Positions 34,451-38,566 of a stretch of DNA of 38,566 nt are shown piece by piece (the stretch's first letter is position 1; the number at the start of each line of letters is the position of its first letter). The stretch comes from a virus (lineage: Duplodnaviria; Caudoviricetes): positions 1 to 38,566 of IMG/VR virus record IMGVR_UViG_3300037462_000114. One strand, given 5' to 3'. Both the position numbers and the translations under genes were made by a program. The notes under the pieces were generated by a model, which saw only the letters and a program-made list of their open reading frames with translations, was not told where the DNA came from and ran no database searches.

Positions 34451-35364
34451 TGGAACTCACCGACGAAGAACGGGAACTTTTACGCACTCGAAAGATTGCA
34501 GAAATCAAAAATATAGTCCGAGCCACACAGCAGAAAATAGTAAGACGTATCGAGGACGCTGTCAACAAACCAGAAGCTACCCAAAAATACTGGTCCTTAC
34601 AACTCGCCAATATTAGTAAGCTTTATGACCAACTGAATAAAGATTGGGCTGAATGGATTGACCCAACAATGAAATCTTTCTATGATGTTGCCTACACCTT
34701 AAGTGAAAAAATCATGCGAAAAGCACGCCTTACCCCACAAGGCTCAATACCAGGTGCAAACCGAATAATTGACGCTTTAGTGAACGACACAATTGCAAAA
34801 ATGAGGTCAGGCTCAGACGCATCCATTGGCGAAATCAACACTCTATTCCGTGAAGTTCAAACTTCCTTAATACGAGAAGACCAAATTAACAAAGCAATTG
34901 CCGAGGGCATATTAGAAGATGCAACACCACAGAGAGCCCAATCAAATCTCGAAAAGATATTGAGAGAAAGGTTGATTGGCAAAGAGCAAATTGTCACAGC
35001 AGGCTCAAAACATTACACTCCAGAATACTATGCAGAACTACTTGCAAGAACTAGAACACGTGACGCTCAAAGCGCCGCATCTGTTCAGGCTGCGCTAGAT
35101 TATGGGGTAGACCTTGTGCAAGTATCCGATCACAACACAACAACGGAAATTTGTATGCAATACGAAGGGCAGATATTTTCGATTAGTGGGGGAACGCCTG
35201 GCTATAAAAAACTAGAAGAAGTGGCCCCCTTCCACCCAAACTGCTTACACGTTATGCTGCCATTGCCCGTTGCAGACGAACAAGACGAAGCATTTCTTCG
35301 CAATCAAGCAAATAAAATATTCCAACGCAATCAGCAAAAAATAATAGAAGGACAAGCAAGATGA
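34450..35364 (+). CDS. Minor head protein (Mu gpF/SPP1 gp7-like)
   Basis: YAELLART...VSDH....C..YEG.IFS...PFHPNC.H. Confidence 0.85.
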   Translation: MELTDEERELLRTRKIAEIKNIVRATQQKIVRRIEDAVNKPEATQKYWSLQLANISKLYDQLNKDWAEWIDPTMKSFYDVAYTLSEKIMRKARLTPQGSIPGANRIIDALVNDTIAKMRSGSDASIGEINTLFREVQTSLIREDQINKAIAEGILEDATPQRAQSNLEKILRERLIGKEQIVTAGSKHYTPEYYAELLARTRTRDAQSAASVQAALDYGVDLVQVSDHNTTTEICMQYEGQIFSISGGTPGYKKLEEVAPFHPNCLHVMLPLPVADEQDEAFLRNQANKIFQRNQQKIIEGQAR

Positions 35365-35564
35365 TAGTACCGTCTCATTTAATAAAACCAAAATCTAAAC
35401 AGGAGGGAACGTATGCCAGGAATGAAAAAAGAAATGAAGTCAAGCCAAGCGAAAGCGGGGATGAACTACGAGAAAAAAAAGCCAGCAACAAAAAGCGCAA
35501 AGAAAAAGTAATTGAAGAAGTTGGTTTGGTAGATATTGATTCACAGTCTGACTTTCCAGATTAA
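35361..35564 (+). CDS. Charged hypothetical protein
   Basis: ATGA-coupled to gpF; overlaps an alternative-frame peptide. Confidence 0.4.
   Translation: MIVPSHLIKPKSKQEGTYARNEKRNEVKPSESGDELREKKASNKKRKEKVIEEVGLVDIDSQSDFPD
35413..35511 (+). CDS. 32-aa Lys-rich peptide
   Basis: AGGAGG SD; MPGMKKEMKSSQAKAGMNYEKKKPATKSAKKK. Confidence 0.5.
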   Translation: MPGMKKEMKSSQAKAGMNYEKKKPATKSAKKK

Positions 35565-36378
35565 AGATACAGGTTTCGTGGTCCGTTTATCAAATCAACA
35601 AGTCAAAGAGCTTCTTAAAAACAAAGCAATTAGGGAAAAGTTGCCTAGACCTGTTGTTGCTTATGTCAGACCAACAGTTTCAAACCTAGACCCACTTAAA
35701 AGCATCCTTTTGGATGAAGATGTTTATGTAATTGGTTCAGGGCTTTCTGCGTATGACCTAAACTGGGATTGGTTCAGCGACAAAAAAACCATCTGCATAA
35801 ACAACACTATCAAATGGTTCAGGAATCCGACTTTACATTTGTTTTTAGATATGCCGGTACTTCAGGAAGGTGGTCGAGTACACGGAGTGCCAATAGTTAC
35901 TAAAATGGGTAACCAAGTAGACCCTCGTTTTGGGGATGTATACCATATTAAAGTTGGTCATCGGGGCAGAATCAATTCAGAGCCAGAAAAGGCAGGTTTT
36001 TTTTCGTCCTATTCATCAACTCAAGTAGGAATACACTTGGCTCAGTATTTAGGCGCAAAAAGAATCTTTCTAATTGGTGTGGATCAAAAGTTTATGAACT
36101 ACGACGAATGCCTGGAGTTAGAAAAGTTTTTTGAGATATCTCCTATGCACGGAAACGGGCTACCTAAACTTTCTGAGCAGTATTTAAAGCTTAAAAAAAA
36201 CAACCAAGGTTTTGGGCATTGGTACAGTCCTTGGTTTGCCCACAAAAGAGATAAGTTTGAAAGCTCTTATGTAAAAGCGGGGGACATGATGACTCCTCTT
36301 TACCAGTTCCAAAACATATATCAACTTTCTCCTATACACAATACTGGATTTCCTAATTTTAACATAGAGGATTTATGA
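35536..36378 (+). CDS. Maf/DUF115 (GT42/GT29-like fold) putative nonulosonyltransferase
   Basis: VIGSGLS...I.IN...D and S....IHLA.YLGAKRIFLIGVD motifs. Confidence 0.7.
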   Translation: MIHSLTFQIKDTGFVVRLSNQQVKELLKNKAIREKLPRPVVAYVRPTVSNLDPLKSILLDEDVYVIGSGLSAYDLNWDWFSDKKTICINNTIKWFRNPTLHLFLDMPVLQEGGRVHGVPIVTKMGNQVDPRFGDVYHIKVGHRGRINSEPEKAGFFSSYSSTQVGIHLAQYLGAKRIFLIGVDQKFMNYDECLELEKFFEISPMHGNGLPKLSEQYLKLKKNNQGFGHWYSPWFAHKRDKFESSYVKAGDMMTPLYQFQNIYQLSPIHNTGFPNFNIEDL

Positions 36379-36998
36379 AAATATTGATACCTGCCCGGGG
36401 TGGTTCAAAAAGAATCAAAAACAAAAACCTGCAAAAGATTAACGGCAAAACACTGCTTGAGATTACAATAGAACACGCCAAGCAATTGGGAGAAGTCTAC
36501 GTTTCAAGCGACGACGACCGTATTCTCGCACTAGCTGAATCTTATGATTGCAGGACACTAGTCAGAGACTCGAACGACGCACAAGACACAAGTCCAACTC
36601 TACCAATCTGGAAAAAGTTCCAAAAGCTTGTAGGTGGGGATACAGCTCTTATGCAGTGTACTAGCCCATACAGAAACATAGCCCGAATTAAAGAAGAAAT
36701 GAAAGCCTTTAAAAGTGGGAATTGGCTTTGCGGGTTTTCTGCTCAACTCCACAAGCCCTTTGTTCACGTGCTAGAAAATGGCAAACTATACAAATGCTTT
36801 GAAGGAGACAGACCACGCTCCCAAGATTGGAATCGAACGTTTGTTGTAGAGGACGGTGGCCTTTATGTGTGGAAAGGCGATTCTATACAAACAGCTAAAG
36901 ATATGTGGGATGGTGATGCGTTTATATTTAGGTCCGACATAGCACTAGACATTGACACGCACGAAGATTTGGAAGTTGCGAGGGCAATATGCGATTAG
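36375..36998 (+). CDS. neuA: Acylneuraminate cytidylyltransferase (CMP-NulO synthetase)
   Basis: IPARGGSKRIKNKN, VSSDD, QCTSP.R, DIDT.ED. Confidence 0.92.
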   Translation: MKILIPARGGSKRIKNKNLQKINGKTLLEITIEHAKQLGEVYVSSDDDRILALAESYDCRTLVRDSNDAQDTSPTLPIWKKFQKLVGGDTALMQCTSPYRNIARIKEEMKAFKSGNWLCGFSAQLHKPFVHVLENGKLYKCFEGDRPRSQDWNRTFVVEDGGLYVWKGDSIQTAKDMWDGDAFIFRSDIALDIDTHEDLEVARAICD

Positions 36999-37276
36999 TA
37001 TTTGATTTAGACGGTACCCTTTGCACAGAAACCAAAGGCGAGTATATCATGGCAAAACCCATGCAAGACAGAATCTTTGTTGTAAATGATTTATTTGACG
37101 CAGGTCATACAATTGTTATTCACACAGGCAGACATTGGGACAACCTACAATTTACATATAGCCAACTTGCATTGTGGGGTATAAAATATCATGCTCTTGT
37201 AATGGGGAAACCAACTGCTGATTATATTGTGGATGACAAAGCAGTAGATTTTGGTAAAATAAAGGAATTATTATGA
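36989..37276 (+). CDS. Capless HAD phosphatase (putative NulO-9-phosphate phosphatase)
   Basis: DLDGT, HTGR, GKP, DDK motifs I-IV. Confidence 0.85.
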   Translation: MRLVFDLDGTLCTETKGEYIMAKPMQDRIFVVNDLFDAGHTIVIHTGRHWDNLQFTYSQLALWGIKYHALVMGKPTADYIVDDKAVDFGKIKELL

Positions 37277-38085
37277 TTAACGTAGTAGCAGAAATTGGAA
37301 TCAATCACAACGGGGTCATGGCTAGAGCCAAAGACTTAATTAAGCACCTAGCAGGTGGGTATGTTACCCATGTTAAATTCCAAAAAATGAACCCTGAACT
37401 TTATTTGGGCAAGGAAAAACTAGCCGAACTTCACCCCAACCCAAGGAACGCTTTTGGAGATACATACCGAGAGCATAAAGCACACCTTGAGCTGTCTGCA
37501 AAACAACACGCTGAACTAAAATCTTACGCCGAATACCACGGTTTGAAGTATGCAGTTTCTGTATGTGATGATGACGCTTTAAAAGAAATGGTTCCTTTGA
37601 AACCTGATTATTTAAAAATCCCATCGGCACTTGCAAACGATCTTAGATTTATAAACAAAGTGGCTACCACATGGGACGGCAAAATACATATTTCTTTAGG
37701 CATGACTTCCAAGGAAGAAAGAGAAAGAATCTATGCGTATTGCCTAAAGTTTGCAGGTAGGGTTGTATTTTACCATTGCACTTCGGACTATTCTGGCAAG
37801 GGGCCTATTTATATGCCCGACAAATTTGATGATTTGACGTCCGGGTTTTCGTGCCATTACCCAGATACTGCCTTTGGTGTAGTTGCCGCATCTAGGGGTG
37901 CTAAGTGGTTAGAGTATCACACTACTTTCGACAGGGAATCTAAAGGCACTGACCACTGTATTTCTTTGACAATACCGGAAATTAAACAGTTAGGGAAATC
38001 CGTATCTTTGTTGCACAAGATAAAACCAAGACCAGACTCGATACCAGAGAACGAAATCTTTGATGCACAGAGGCTCAAAAAATGA
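37273..38085 (+). CDS. neuB: N-acetylneuraminate/KDN(-9-P) synthase family, lacking the C-terminal AFP/SAF domain
   Basis: AEIG.NHNG, KFQ, KIPS, S.GM, HCTS.Y, GFS.H, E.H.T, DH motifs. Confidence 0.92.
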   Translation: MINVVAEIGINHNGVMARAKDLIKHLAGGYVTHVKFQKMNPELYLGKEKLAELHPNPRNAFGDTYREHKAHLELSAKQHAELKSYAEYHGLKYAVSVCDDDALKEMVPLKPDYLKIPSALANDLRFINKVATTWDGKIHISLGMTSKEERERIYAYCLKFAGRVVFYHCTSDYSGKGPIYMPDKFDDLTSGFSCHYPDTAFGVVAASRGAKWLEYHTTFDRESKGTDHCISLTIPEIKQLGKSVSLLHKIKPRPDSIPENEIFDAQRLKK

Positions 38086-38438
38086 TTAAAGCCTATTTCA
38101 ACGAAACATTTACTCGGGTTCGATATATCAAAAACAACATTGGTAAAGTTGTCACAACCAATGTCCTTGTATTGCGAGGACGATTCGAGGACAACAGGCA
38201 AGTCCTGGCTAATGGAGAAGGCGAGCAGGTTCTTTCTAAAGCCAGAATATTTACAACATTTGGGGCTGATATCCAAGAGGGGGACAGGGTATTTTTAGGA
38301 ACCACAACCGAAACAGGAACCACCGGCACACAAACAGGAGAGATAAGAATACCAAAATCAATCCAAACATATCCAGTTTTACGGGCAGGCAATATGAAGG
38401 GTTTTGGGCAGTCCCATAAGGAGCTAATCCTTGGCTAA
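38082..38438 (+). CDS. Head-closure protein (SPP1 gp16-like)
   Basis: R.E....V....GEQV.S.A.IF......I..GD.V; precedes gp10-like gene. Confidence 0.7.
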   Translation: MIKAYFNETFTRVRYIKNNIGKVVTTNVLVLRGRFEDNRQVLANGEGEQVLSKARIFTTFGADIQEGDRVFLGTTTETGTTGTQTGEIRIPKSIQTYPVLRAGNMKGFGQSHKELILG

Positions 38439-38566
38439 GTATGTCGACGTCAAAGTAAGCAATACAATAAAAGCACGCCTAAAGGAGCTTATAAAAGTAG
38501 CACCTGAAAAAGTAGAAAAGGCTCAAGGGGTAGTTGCGCTCAGAATGATTAGAGACTTTGTAATGG
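38358..38566 (+). repeat. Terminal direct repeat, right copy
   Basis: Matches 1-209 with one mismatch. Confidence 0.97.

Noticed and set aside
35536-38085. Cassette as a host-DNA contaminant or misassembly
   Set aside because: Genes overlap each other and flanking ORFs, with ATGA coupling into the head-closure gene, and composition looks like the rest of the genome; read-level confirmation is still advisable

Overview
The window is an apparently complete, circularly assembled tailed-phage genome. Bases 1-209 recur at 38358-38566 with one mismatch, giving a unit length of 38357 bp. The tail module is siphovirus-like: tail tube, G/G-T chaperones with a -1 slippery site, a 940-aa tape measure protein, Dit, Tal/hub, two fibres, and no recognisable sheath. 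Gene order is: neck/tail (1-10.7 kb); SGNH esterase and lysis genes, including a C39-type peptidase and a u-spanin-like lipoprotein that implies a diderm host; a two-gene minus-strand operon; early/replication genes (RHH regulator, Sak4-like ATPase, SSB, Gp157, structured RNA plus antirepressor, adenine MTase, lambda O-like initiator, LexA-like HTH); a block of small accessory ORFs with repeats; a separately promoted collagen-like fibre module; then terminase, portal, protease/scaffold, capsid and head completion. No integrase, CI-like repressor or ParA/B is recognisable. The standout feature is a four-gene nonulosonic (sialic/KDN-type) acid cassette at 35536-38085: a Maf/GT42-like transferase, a CMP-synthetase, a HAD phosphatase and a NeuB/NANS-type synthase. 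It is translationally coupled inside the head-completion operon, which suggests a sialylated virion. Other notable signals are a pseudoknotted C4/CI-like RNA before the antirepressor, leaderless sigma70-type promoters, a 19-bp operator at two late promoters, a frameshifted holin-like gene, and repeat-bounded gene cassettes. All protein calls come from motif recognition and synteny by eye; no database searches were run.
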